Source of the DNA: Steroidobacteraceae bacterium
GTDB taxonomy: Bacteria > Chloroflexota > Limnocylindria > QHBO01
DNA: 64,000 bases
Direction of reading: 5' to 3'
Assembly (NCBI GenBank): GCA_025935615.1
Contig: JAICUY010000002.1
Location: forward strand, 6,605 to 70,604
The translations under genes were made by a program, and so were the position numbers. Of the stretch, positions 39,058-47,270 are shown piece by piece. The notes under the pieces are model-generated. The model had not been told where the DNA came from and searched no databases. It saw only the letters and a program-made list of their open reading frames with translations. Position 1 is the first letter of the stretch, and each line of letters opens with the position of its first letter.

Positions 39058-40131
39058 CTAGCCGCCCGCTCCGACGCCGATCGGCGCATCGGTCGACACG
39101 TGCCGGTCGAGCGGCAATGGCGTCGGCTCGAGCGTTGGTGCGCGGTCGACGAAGCTGGCGCGGTGGGCGGTCGCGATCGTCTCGCGCACCTCGTCGAGCG
39201 ACAGGATCTCGTGGCGCAGCAGCAGGTTGAACTCATTGCGGAGGGTGGTTCGCAGCATCTCCGGACCATCGGTTGAGATGGCCACCGGCACGTGGTGCTC
39301 GAGCAGCCGCCGCAGCAGGCGCCGCACCTCCCCGAGGTCACGCAGCACGGCGGTGTTCAGGTTCGAGCTGGGGCAGACCTCGAGGACGATGCCGCGCTCG
39401 CGCAGCATCCCCATCACGGTCTCATCGAGGGCACTCTTGATGCCATGACCGATGCGCGCCGGCTCGAGCGCCTCGATCGCCTCGCGCACCTCGTCCGGAC
39501 CACCCGTCTCGCCGGCGTGAACGGTGATCCCCAGGCCGGCGCGACGGCACTCGGCGAAGATCTGGCGGTAGTCGTCGAAGCGGAACGACTCGACCACGGG
39601 ACCGGCGATGTCGACCGCCACCACGCCGCGGCTGCGCCAGCTGATGGCCTTGGCCGCGATGATCTCGTTGAGCTCCACGCTGAAGCCGCGGTCAAGACAG
39701 ACGACGAGCCCCGCCCGCACCTGCGGGTACTCGAGCACGGCGCGGTCCATGCCGCGCACGGCCGCCGCGATGATGTGGTCGAGGTCCTGCTCACCGCCGC
39801 GATTCCGCGTCATCGGGTTGAAGCGCAGCTCGATGTCGGTGACGTTGTTCTTGCGGTAGGCGCCGCCAATGACCTCGTAGACGCTGCGTTCGATGGCGGT
39901 CGGGCTGGACTGGATCAGCTCGGTCCAGTGGAACAGGTCGAGGTACGCCTGAAAGCTCCGCTTGCGGCGTCCGACGGTGATGAGGTCGCGGAAGGCCCAG
40001 TAGTCCTTGGTCGGCAGCCGGATTCCCTGCGCGTGGGCGATGCCCCACATGATCGCCGGCGTGACGGCTGCGCCGAGATGGACGTGCAGCTCGGTCAACG
40101 GGGTGCGCGGATCGAGTCTGGGCCGGGGCAT
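39058..40131 (-). CDS. Adenosine deaminase family paralog with divergent motifs
   Basis: The A_deaminase-family blocks LHVHLGAAV, ITVHAGE and ISTDGP are present. It lacks the canonical HxHLDG and TDDP forms, so it is probably a distinct subfamily. Confidence 0.7.
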   Translation of the reverse strand: MPRPRLDPRTPLTELHVHLGAAVTPAIMWGIAHAQGIRLPTKDYWAFRDLITVGRRKRSFQAYLDLFHWTELIQSSPTAIERSVYEVIGGAYRKNNVTDIELRFNPMTRNRGGEQDLDHIIAAAVRGMDRAVLEYPQVRAGLVVCLDRGFSVELNEIIAAKAISWRSRGVVAVDIAGPVVESFRFDDYRQIFAECRRAGLGITVHAGETGGPDEVREAIEALEPARIGHGIKSALDETVMGMLRERGIVLEVCPSSNLNTAVLRDLGEVRRLLRRLLEHHVPVAISTDGPEMLRTTLRNEFNLLLRHEILSLDEVRETIATAHRASFVDRAPTLEPTPLPLDRHVSTDAPIGVGAGG

Positions 40132-40215
40132 GGACCTCTCGTTGCGGGCTGCCTGGTGAGCCGGTTCGGGCGAGTGTAGCAGCCGTCCGGCGCGCCGGCT
40201 GAGGGCCCCAAGCCG

Positions 40216-40629
40216 GTGCTAGAATCGCGGCCGATGGACGTCAAAGCGTGGATCGAATGGATCGGGAACGACAGCGGCACGACGCTGGCCACCATCTTTC
40301 CCTACCTGCTGCTCGGCCTCGCCGGCCTCTACCTGCTGTGGCTGGTACTCGGCTACCTGCGCGTCTCCCAGGTCGGCGTCGAGGCGCCGGCCGCCGCCAG
40401 CCCGGCGCTTCCCATGCAGCGCGCTCCCGACGGCGTGCTGGAGGCCCCGCGCGGCGTCCCCTACTGCCCGGTCGACGACCTGCAGTTCCCGGCCGAGGCA
40501 CGGATCTGCCCCGTCTGCGAGAGCGACCTGCTGGTCGAGTGCGCCAACTGCGGCGCAACCATCCGTGCCGCGGACGACTCGTGCTATCGCTGCGGGACGC
40601 GGCAGCCCATCAACGCTGACGCTGCCTAG
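40216..40629 (+). CDS. Small membrane protein with C-terminal zinc-ribbon (CPxD..CPVC..CANC..CYRC)
   Basis: There is one TM segment (TLATIFPYLLLGLAGLYLLWLVLGY) and four Cys pairs at the C-terminus. Confidence 0.5.
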   Translation: MLESRPMDVKAWIEWIGNDSGTTLATIFPYLLLGLAGLYLLWLVLGYLRVSQVGVEAPAAASPALPMQRAPDGVLEAPRGVPYCPVDDLQFPAEARICPVCESDLLVECANCGATIRAADDSCYRCGTRQPINADAA

Positions 40630-41618
40630 CGCATCACCGAGCGAACGTAGGCGCGCATCCGCGCCAGGTTGGGGATGATCACCCAGCCGCGGCCGGTCCC
40701 GGGTTCGATGCCCATGAAGCGGGCGTAGCCCGGGCCGAGCACCTCGTGGCTGATCGTTGCATCGGCGCTGCGGCGGCCGATGGCCAGCAGCGTGGGCAGC
40801 TCGTCGAGCGGCAGGTCGGTCTTCAGCGAGCGCAGCGAACGCAGCAGGTGATGGAAGTCGATCTTGGCCTTGGGCCTGACGAGCTTGCGGAAGACGGCCA
40901 TCAGCACCTGCTGCTGCCGGCCCTGCCGGGCGAAGTCTCCATCCTGGTGGCGCGTCCGCGCGTAGTGCAGCGCCTGGTCGCCGTCGAGGTGGTGCCGGCC
41001 GGCGCTGAGGGCGATGTGGACCGTCGAATCGTAGAGCGCGTACGGGACGCGTACGTTGACGCCGCCCACGGCGTCGACGAGCTCGCCAAAGTCGGCCATG
41101 TTCAGCGCCACGTGGTAGTCGATCGGGACGCCGTAGGTGCGTTCGAGTGCGCCCTGCAGGGCATTGATCCCGCGCGCCGCGTACAGCGAGTTGATCTTGC
41201 GAGGCCAGGAGCCGCCGCCCTTCAGCGGGATGTCGACCGTGTCGCGCGGCAACGAGACGATCGCAATGCGGTTGTGCCGGCGATTGACGCTGACCACGAT
41301 CATCGCATCGGTGTTCACCGGAAAGTTGCGCCGCACGCGGCTGGGGCTCGAGTCGATGCCGGCCACGAGCACGGTGATCCGACGCGCCAGCAGCTTCTGG
41401 TCGAGCGGTGAAGGCGTTGGCTTCGGCGTCGGCGTCGGCGTCGGAGACGGTGACGGTGTGGCCGATGCTGTCGGCGAGGGCGGTGGCGTCGTGAGCGGTA
41501 CAGGCGTAGGCCGGGGCGTCGCGGGCGGACTGCCGCAGGCCACCAGCAGCGCGGCGAGCGCGACTGCGGCCAGCCGGGGCCCGACCGGTCGGCGGAGGGA
41601 CGCGAACATCGGCGGCAT
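40626..41618 (-). CDS. LytR-CpsA-Psr (LCP) family protein
   Basis: The start ATG at 41618 gives MPPMFASLRRPVGPRLAAVALAALLVAC. A Pro/Thr-rich linker precedes the LCP domain (NTDAMIVVSVN..LPRD..). Confidence 0.8.
   Translation of the reverse strand: MPPMFASLRRPVGPRLAAVALAALLVACGSPPATPRPTPVPLTTPPPSPTASATPSPSPTPTPTPKPTPSPLDQKLLARRITVLVAGIDSSPSRVRRNFPVNTDAMIVVSVNRRHNRIAIVSLPRDTVDIPLKGGGSWPRKINSLYAARGINALQGALERTYGVPIDYHVALNMADFGELVDAVGGVNVRVPYALYDSTVHIALSAGRHHLDGDQALHYARTRHQDGDFARQGRQQQVLMAVFRKLVRPKAKIDFHHLLRSLRSLKTDLPLDELPTLLAIGRRSADATISHEVLGPGYARFMGIEPGTGRGWVIIPNLARMRAYVRSVMR
41413..41446 (-). repeat. Tandem GGCGTC hexanucleotide repeat encoding the PT-rich linker of the LCP protein
   Basis: The block ggcgttggcttcggcgtcggcgtcggcgtcgg is about 5 tandem units. 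It is a coding low-complexity region and a potential slippage site. Confidence 0.4.
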
Positions 41619-41642
41619 GATAGCCGGTGCTACGCTGCCCGC

Positions 41643-42056
41643 GTGGAGACGAGGGAGGTCGCGATCGAGACCCGCAACCGCCGCGGTGTCTTCGACCTGA
41701 CCGATGCCTGCCACGGCTTCCTGTCCGATGCGGCCCCTGGCGCTGATGGCCTCCTGAGCCTGTTCGTGCCGCACGCCACGGCCGGACTGCTGATCATGGA
41801 GCTTGGATCCGGGTCCGACGCCGATCTGCTCGACGCGCTCGATCGGTTGCTGCCTCGTGACGACCGCTGGCGGCACGCCCACGGATCGCCGGGTCACGGC
41901 GCCGATCACGTCCTGCCGCTGCTGAGCGCGCCGTCCCTCACCGTTCCGGTCGTGGGCGGGGCGATGGCCCTGGGGACCTGGCAGTCGGTCGCACTCATCG
42001 ACCCCAATCCGGACAACGGCCGGCGGCTCGTGCGGCTGTCGTTCCTCGCCGGCTAA
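41643..42056 (+). CDS. YjbQ/UPF0047 family (secondary thiamine-phosphate synthase-like) protein
   Basis: The 137-aa ORF contains [34 protein letters not shown] and [10 protein letters not shown], which match the YjbQ pattern. Confidence 0.75.
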   Translation: METREVAIETRNRRGVFDLTDACHGFLSDAAPGADGLLSLFVPHATAGLLIMELGSGSDADLLDALDRLLPRDDRWRHAHGSPGHGADHVLPLLSAPSLTVPVVGGAMALGTWQSVALIDPNPDNGRRLVRLSFLAG

Positions 42057-44095
42057 CCTCGGACCGCTCGCTCGACCTGCCGCGCCGCGTTCGCGGGATC
42101 GCCGGTCGGCTCCTCGCAGGCATAGCCGCGGCAGACGTAGGCCGTGGCGTGGCCGTCGACCGGGACCTTGTCGAGGAACACCGGCCATGCCTGGGTCGCG
42201 GCGCCGGACGTGACGCCAGCCACGACAAGATCCGGCGCGAAGGGCCTGGACACCGCGCGACGCAGGGCCATGGCAGTCTGCGTCCGCGGATCGGCGGCGG
42301 CGACGACCGCATCCGAGGCGGGCACCAGCGAGCGATCGACCGCACTCAGCATGCGGCCGAACACCGACGGCTGGCGCTCGAGCGCCGGCCCCACGGTCCG
42401 CAGGATCGACCGCGCGCGGCGGTCGTAGTCGGGCTCGCCGGTCAGCAACGCCAGGCGCAGCAGGACGTCGGCCGCGACCGAGTTCGCCGACGGGGTCGCC
42501 GAGTCGACCAGCGAACGCGGCCGGACCACGGTTGTCTCGTGCTCGGCGCTGGTGTCATACAGCGTGCCCGACTCGTCGTCCCAGAAGTCGACGACCAGGC
42601 GGTCGATCAGCGCCCGTGCGAGCACCAGGTGCGCCGCCTCCCCCGTCGCCGCGTGAGCGGCCAGCAGCCCGTCGGCCAGGTCGGCATAGTCCTCGGCGAA
42701 GGCTGGCGTGTGGGCCACGCCACCGCGCGCCGTGCGCCACAGGCGATCGCCGTCGCGCAGCAGCTGCGAACGGACGAAGGCCACCAGCCCGTCGACCGCC
42801 GCCAGGTAGCGGTCGTCCCCCAGCACCAGCACGCCCCCGGCCAGGGCCCGCAGCGCAAGCCCGTTCCAGGCGGCCAGCTGCTTCTCGTCGCGCGCCGGCC
42901 GGACCCGCGACGAGCGGCTGGCCATCAGGGCGCTTCGGGCTCGCTCGATGAGCGGAGCCGGAGGCGCCGGTCCGCGGACGTGCAGGATGTTTCGTCCCTC
43001 CCAGTTTCCGCCGTCGGTGACATCCCAATGGGCGCACACCGCCCCAACCTCGTCGTCGGCCAGCCCGGCCGCGGCGAGCACCGAACGCACCTCGTCCGCC
43101 GACCAGACGTAGTAGCGCCCCTCGTCCCCCTCGCTGTCCGCGTCGAGCGCGGCCGCGAGGCCGCCGTCACCGGTTCGCAGCTCGGCCAGCATGAAATCGA
43201 GCGTGTCACCGGCCACCTCGGCGTAGCGCTGCACGCCGAAGGCACGGAACGCATCGAGGTAGCACAGGGCCAGCAGTGCGTTGTCGTACAGCATCTTTTC
43301 GAAGTGCGGCACGAGCCAGGCAGCATCGGTGCTGTAGCGGGCGAAGCCGCCGCCGAGCTGGTCATGGATGCCGCCGTCGGCCATGCGATCGAGCGTGATC
43401 GTCACCGCGCGCCGAACAGCGTCGTCGCCACTGCGGTGCCAGGAGCGCATCAGGAACTCGAGGCTCATGGACGCGGGAAACTTGGGAGCGCCGCCGAATC
43501 CGCCATGCACCGGATCGAACGATGCCAGCAGCCGCTGCGCCGCGAGCTCGAGCTGCCGGCGTTCCGGATCGATCGATCCGGCCGGAAGTGCCACCTGGCT
43601 GCGCACATGGTCCGCCAGCTGCCGCGCCTGCGCGTCGATCTCCGTTCGCCGCGTCCGATACGCGTCCGCCACCGCCTCCAGCACGCGCCGGAAGGCCGGC
43701 AGGCCGTGCCGGTCCTCGGGCGGGAAATAGGTGCCCCCGAAGAACGGCTGCAGCTCGGGAGTCAGGAACACGCTCATCGGCCAGCCGCCGCTGCCGGTCA
43801 TCGCCTGAACGGCGGCCATGTACACGTCGTCGAGGTCGGGCCGCTCCTCGCGGTCGATCTTGACATTGACGAAATACTCGTTCATCAGCGCGGCCGTCTC
43901 GTCGTTCTCGAACGACTCGCGTTCCATGACGTGGCACCAATGGCAGGCGGAGTAGCCGATCGAGACGAACAGCGGCCGGTCCTCGCGACGCGCGCGCTCG
44001 AGCGCCTCGGGACCCCACGGATACCAGTCGACCGGATTGTGCGCATGCTGCAGTAGGTACGGGCTCGTCTCGTTGGCGAGCCGGTTGGAAGCCAT
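42053..44095 (-). CDS. Thioredoxin-domain protein YyaL (DUF255 + six-hairpin glycosidase-like)
   Basis: The N-terminal sequence [25 protein letters not shown]...[16 protein letters not shown] is the YyaL hallmark. Confidence 0.85.
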   Translation of the reverse strand: MASNRLANETSPYLLQHAHNPVDWYPWGPEALERARREDRPLFVSIGYSACHWCHVMERESFENDETAALMNEYFVNVKIDREERPDLDDVYMAAVQAMTGSGGWPMSVFLTPELQPFFGGTYFPPEDRHGLPAFRRVLEAVADAYRTRRTEIDAQARQLADHVRSQVALPAGSIDPERRQLELAAQRLLASFDPVHGGFGGAPKFPASMSLEFLMRSWHRSGDDAVRRAVTITLDRMADGGIHDQLGGGFARYSTDAAWLVPHFEKMLYDNALLALCYLDAFRAFGVQRYAEVAGDTLDFMLAELRTGDGGLAAALDADSEGDEGRYYVWSADEVRSVLAAAGLADDEVGAVCAHWDVTDGGNWEGRNILHVRGPAPPAPLIERARSALMASRSSRVRPARDEKQLAAWNGLALRALAGGVLVLGDDRYLAAVDGLVAFVRSQLLRDGDRLWRTARGGVAHTPAFAEDYADLADGLLAAHAATGEAAHLVLARALIDRLVVDFWDDESGTLYDTSAEHETTVVRPRSLVDSATPSANSVAADVLLRLALLTGEPDYDRRARSILRTVGPALERQPSVFGRMLSAVDRSLVPASDAVVAAADPRTQTAMALRRAVSRPFAPDLVVAGVTSGAATQAWPVFLDKVPVDGHATAYVCRGYACEEPTGDPANAARQVERAVRG

Positions 44096-44097
44096 CG

Positions 44098-46008
44098 TCA
44101 GGCTCCGACTGCCTCGCGGCCGGCCGCGAACTGCTCCTGGTACAGCCGGGCGTAGAGGCCCTCGTGCCGCAGCAGCTCGGCGTGCGTGCCACGCTCGACG
44201 ATGCGCCCCCGCTCGAAGACGAGGATCAGGTCGGCGCGCAGGATGGTGGACAGGCGGTGCGCGATGGCGATCGTCGTTCGCCCTTCCATCAGCCGCGCCA
44301 GCGCCTGCTGGATCAGCCGCTCGCTGACGGTGTCCAGCGCCGAGGTGGCCTCGTCCAGGATCAGGATGCGCGGGTCCTTGAGCAGGACACGGGCGATCGC
44401 CACCCGCTGCTTCTCGCCGCCCGACAGCTTGTAGCCGCGCTCGCCGACCACGGTGTCGTAGCCGTCGGGCAGCTCCAGGATGCGCTCATGGATGGCCGCT
44501 GCACGCGACGCCTCCTCGATCTGCTGCATGGTTGCGTCCGGGCGCGCATAACGCAGGTTCTCGAGCACGGTGTTGTGGAACAGGTACGTCTCCTGGGTGA
44601 CGATCCCGATCACGCGCCCAAGCGACTCGAGCCGAACGCGGCGCACGTCGATCCCGTCGATCTCGACGCTCCCGGCATCGACGTCGTAGAGGCGCGGGAT
44701 GAGATAGGTGCTCGTCGTCTTGCCGGCCCCCGAAGGGCCGACCAGCGCCACCAGCTGTCCCGGCAGCGCCTCGAACGACAGGTCAGCGAGCGCGAATGGC
44801 CGCACGGTGGTCGGCACGGCGCGGCCGGTCGCCTCGGCCTCGGCTGCCTCGCCGGCGACGGCGAGCTGCGCCGCCGCCACCGGATAGTGGAAAGAGACGT
44901 CGTCGAACGACACCTCGCCGCGCAGACGCGCCGGGTCGAGGTCGATCGCGTCGGGCGCATCGGTGATCTCCTGCGGCAGCTCGAGGTACTCGAAGATCCG
45001 GTCGAACAGGGCCAGGGCGCCCTGGATCTCGACCTGCACGTTGAGCATCTGGCCCATGGGGAAGAAGAGCCGCGACTGGAGCGTGGTGAAGGCCACGATC
45101 GAGCCGATGCTGACGTTCGTATCGCCACCGATGATCAGCACGCCAGCCAGCAGGTAGACCAGCGCCGGGCTGATGCTGAAGAAGGTGCCGATCAGCGCGA
45201 AGAACCAGCGCCCGATCATCTGCTGCCGGATCTGCAGGTCGCCCAGCCGTCGCGACTCCTTGCGGAAACGTTCGACCGATGCCTGTTGCTGGCCGAACGT
45301 CTTCGACAGCAGGATGCCCGACACCGACAGGGACTCCTCGGTGATGGCGCTCACCTCGGCCAGCGACTGCTGGGTCAGGGTCGACACCTGCCGACGCACC
45401 TTGCCGACCCGGTAGGTGATGTACGCAAAGAGCGGCAGCATGCCGAGGCTCAGCAGCGTCAGGCGCCAGTCGATGATGACCATGGCGATCACCGTGGTCG
45501 CCACGGTGGCGAAGTTGGAAAGCAGCGAGGCGGCCGTATCGGTCACCACCGACTGCACGCCGTTGACGTCGTTGCCGATGCGGCTCTGGATCTCGCCCGT
45601 CCGCGTCTCGGTGAAGAAGCGCAGCGGCATCCACTGGAGGTGGGTGTAGAGCGCGAGCCGCAGGTCGTCCATGACTCGCTGGCCGACCACGTTGGAGAGG
45701 TACGACTGCCCCACCCCGATCAGGCTGGTGATCACCGGCAGGACGACCATCAGCGACACCTGCAGGTACAGCAGGCCCAGGTCCCGCGGTCCGCCGGGCA
45801 GCAGGTTGTCGAGGACGAACTTGATCAGGATCGGGTTGACGACACCGATGCTGACGCTGACCAGGATCGCGACCGCGATGATCCCCAGCCGGCCGCGATA
45901 GGGCCTGAAGAACCCGATGATGCGCCGCAGCGTGCGACCGCCGCTCCCCGGCCGTCGGCGCAGGTCCGGCTCCGGGCCTCCGCCCCAGTGGCCGCCGCGC
46001 CTGGTCAT
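44098..46008 (-). CDS. Fused ABC exporter (TMD+NBD, MsbA/CydDC-like)
   Basis: Six TM helices are followed by Walker [10 protein letters not shown], the signature [15 protein letters not shown] and Walker [13 protein letters not shown]. Confidence 0.85.
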   Translation of the reverse strand: MTRRGGHWGGGPEPDLRRRPGSGGRTLRRIIGFFRPYRGRLGIIAVAILVSVSIGVVNPILIKFVLDNLLPGGPRDLGLLYLQVSLMVVLPVITSLIGVGQSYLSNVVGQRVMDDLRLALYTHLQWMPLRFFTETRTGEIQSRIGNDVNGVQSVVTDTAASLLSNFATVATTVIAMVIIDWRLTLLSLGMLPLFAYITYRVGKVRRQVSTLTQQSLAEVSAITEESLSVSGILLSKTFGQQQASVERFRKESRRLGDLQIRQQMIGRWFFALIGTFFSISPALVYLLAGVLIIGGDTNVSIGSIVAFTTLQSRLFFPMGQMLNVQVEIQGALALFDRIFEYLELPQEITDAPDAIDLDPARLRGEVSFDDVSFHYPVAAAQLAVAGEAAEAEATGRAVPTTVRPFALADLSFEALPGQLVALVGPSGAGKTTSTYLIPRLYDVDAGSVEIDGIDVRRVRLESLGRVIGIVTQETYLFHNTVLENLRYARPDATMQQIEEASRAAAIHERILELPDGYDTVVGERGYKLSGGEKQRVAIARVLLKDPRILILDEATSALDTVSERLIQQALARLMEGRTTIAIAHRLSTILRADLILVFERGRIVERGTHAELLRHEGLYARLYQEQFAAGREAVGA

Positions 46009-46018
46009 GCGCCGGTCG

Positions 46019-46774
46019 TCACTCGAGGATGATCGATGCGAACGCCTGGGCCAGGCCCATGCCCTGTGGGGCGCCGATCAGCTCGGCGCGCTCGCGCACC
46101 CGCTTCTCGACGTCGTCCGGGTCGTCGATCTGGCTGACGTGCCGGCGCAGCGCCTCGAGGCCGACGTCCCAGGTATCCGAGACGTCGATCCACAAGTTCG
46201 GCTGCTCGACCCCCGAGAGCAGCACCTGCCGCACCTTCCAGGGCTCGAAGCCCTCCGACACCAGCTCCGGGAAGTTCAGGAAGTCACGCGCCGCCGGATA
46301 GACCGATGCGAGCGTCGCCTCGCCGGTGGCGAGGTGATCGGGATGGCCGATGAACGGGTTGTGGTCGAGCCGGCGCTGCGGGTTCTGGGTGATGACCAGG
46401 TCCGGCCGGAAGCGCCGGATCTGACGGCTGATGTCGCGCCGCAGGTCGAGCGAGGGCAGCAGGTAGCCGTCCGGATAGCCGAGGTGCACGATCTCGGTCA
46501 CGCCGAGGACGTCGGCCGCCGCGCGCTGCTCCGCGATGCGCGTCGCCGCCAGCTGCTCGGGCGTGACGGCCGGGTCCTCGGTCCCCTTGCCTCCGTCGGT
46601 GGTGACGACGTAATCGACCCGGACGCCTGCGCGCGTCAGGCTGGCGATGGTTGCCGCTGCCGCGAACTCGGCGTCGTCCGGATGGCTGATCACCACCAGC
46701 GCCCGTTCCAGCGGGCTGATCAGCTCGTGCTTCTCGATCTCGATCATCCGATGCATGCTACTGCGAACCACCAC
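46019..46774 (-). CDS. PIG-L/LmbE family deacetylase (MshB/BshB-like)
   Basis: The VVISHPDDAEF and GHPDH motifs are present. The 251-aa ORF heads a minus-strand operon with the exporter and YyaL. Confidence 0.75.
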   Translation of the reverse strand: MVVRSSMHRMIEIEKHELISPLERALVVISHPDDAEFAAAATIASLTRAGVRVDYVVTTDGGKGTEDPAVTPEQLAATRIAEQRAAADVLGVTEIVHLGYPDGYLLPSLDLRRDISRQIRRFRPDLVITQNPQRRLDHNPFIGHPDHLATGEATLASVYPAARDFLNFPELVSEGFEPWKVRQVLLSGVEQPNLWIDVSDTWDVGLEALRRHVSQIDDPDDVEKRVRERAELIGAPQGMGLAQAFASIILE

Positions 46775-46818
46775 AAGTGTCCGCGCCGCGCGATTGACCG
46801 CGGCGCGGCACGGCGGCG

Positions 46819-46835
46819 ATACTCTCCCGCAGTAT
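46819..46835. promoter_or_regulatory. Palindrome ATACT-ctcccgc-AGTAT overlapping the CsoR-family gene start codon. It is a candidate CsoR-type operator.
   Basis: The sequence is a perfect 5-bp-arm inverted repeat of the ATAC..GTAT type. It sits in the 59-nt divergent region between the CsoR gene and the PIG-L operon. Confidence 0.35.
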
Positions 46836-47178
46836 GGAACCCACCCATTTTCGGCACGCCTATTCGAAGGATCGCCGCCTGCTGCTCAACCGCCTGAAGC
46901 GGATCGAGGGACAGGCGCGCGGCATCCAGCGCCTGGTCGGCGAGGAGGCATACTGCCTGGACGTCCTCCAGCAGGTCGAGGCGCTGAAGGCGGCCGCGGA
47001 CCAGGTCGCCATGCTCGTGCTCGAGGATCACATCGCCGGCTGCCTGGCCCATGCGGTGGAGACCGGGCAGGGCCAGCCCTACGTCGATGAGGTCATGACC
47101 GTGGTGCGGCGAGCGGTCGGACGGCCGGCCGGTCGCGCCTCGCGCCGGCCCACCACGCAGCGCGATAACCGCGGCTGA
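46834..47178 (+). CDS. CsoR/RcnR/FrmR family (DUF156) metal- or thiol-sensing transcriptional repressor
   Basis: The sequence LNRLKRIEGQARGIQRLVGEEAYCLDVLQQVEALKAAADQVAMLVLEDHIAGCL matches the family. It has the C-H-C sensing triad (YC...H...C). Confidence 0.8.
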   Translation: MEPTHFRHAYSKDRRLLLNRLKRIEGQARGIQRLVGEEAYCLDVLQQVEALKAAADQVAMLVLEDHIAGCLAHAVETGQGQPYVDEVMTVVRRAVGRPAGRASRRPTTQRDNRG

Positions 47179-47188
47179 CACAAACAAC

Positions 47189-47221
47189 GGGAGTGCCGCA
47201 GGGGGGAACCACGGCACTCCC
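47189..47221. terminator. Bidirectional terminator hairpin between convergent genes (GGGAGTGCCG..CGGCACTCCC)
   Basis: The stem is 10 bp perfect with a 13-nt loop. It lies 11 nt after the CsoR stop and 50 nt after the 923-aa gene stop. Confidence 0.45.
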
Positions 47222-47270
47222 GGCCAGAGTGTAGCGATCTGCGTCAAGGAACGGCGGACCGCTTGGCCGC

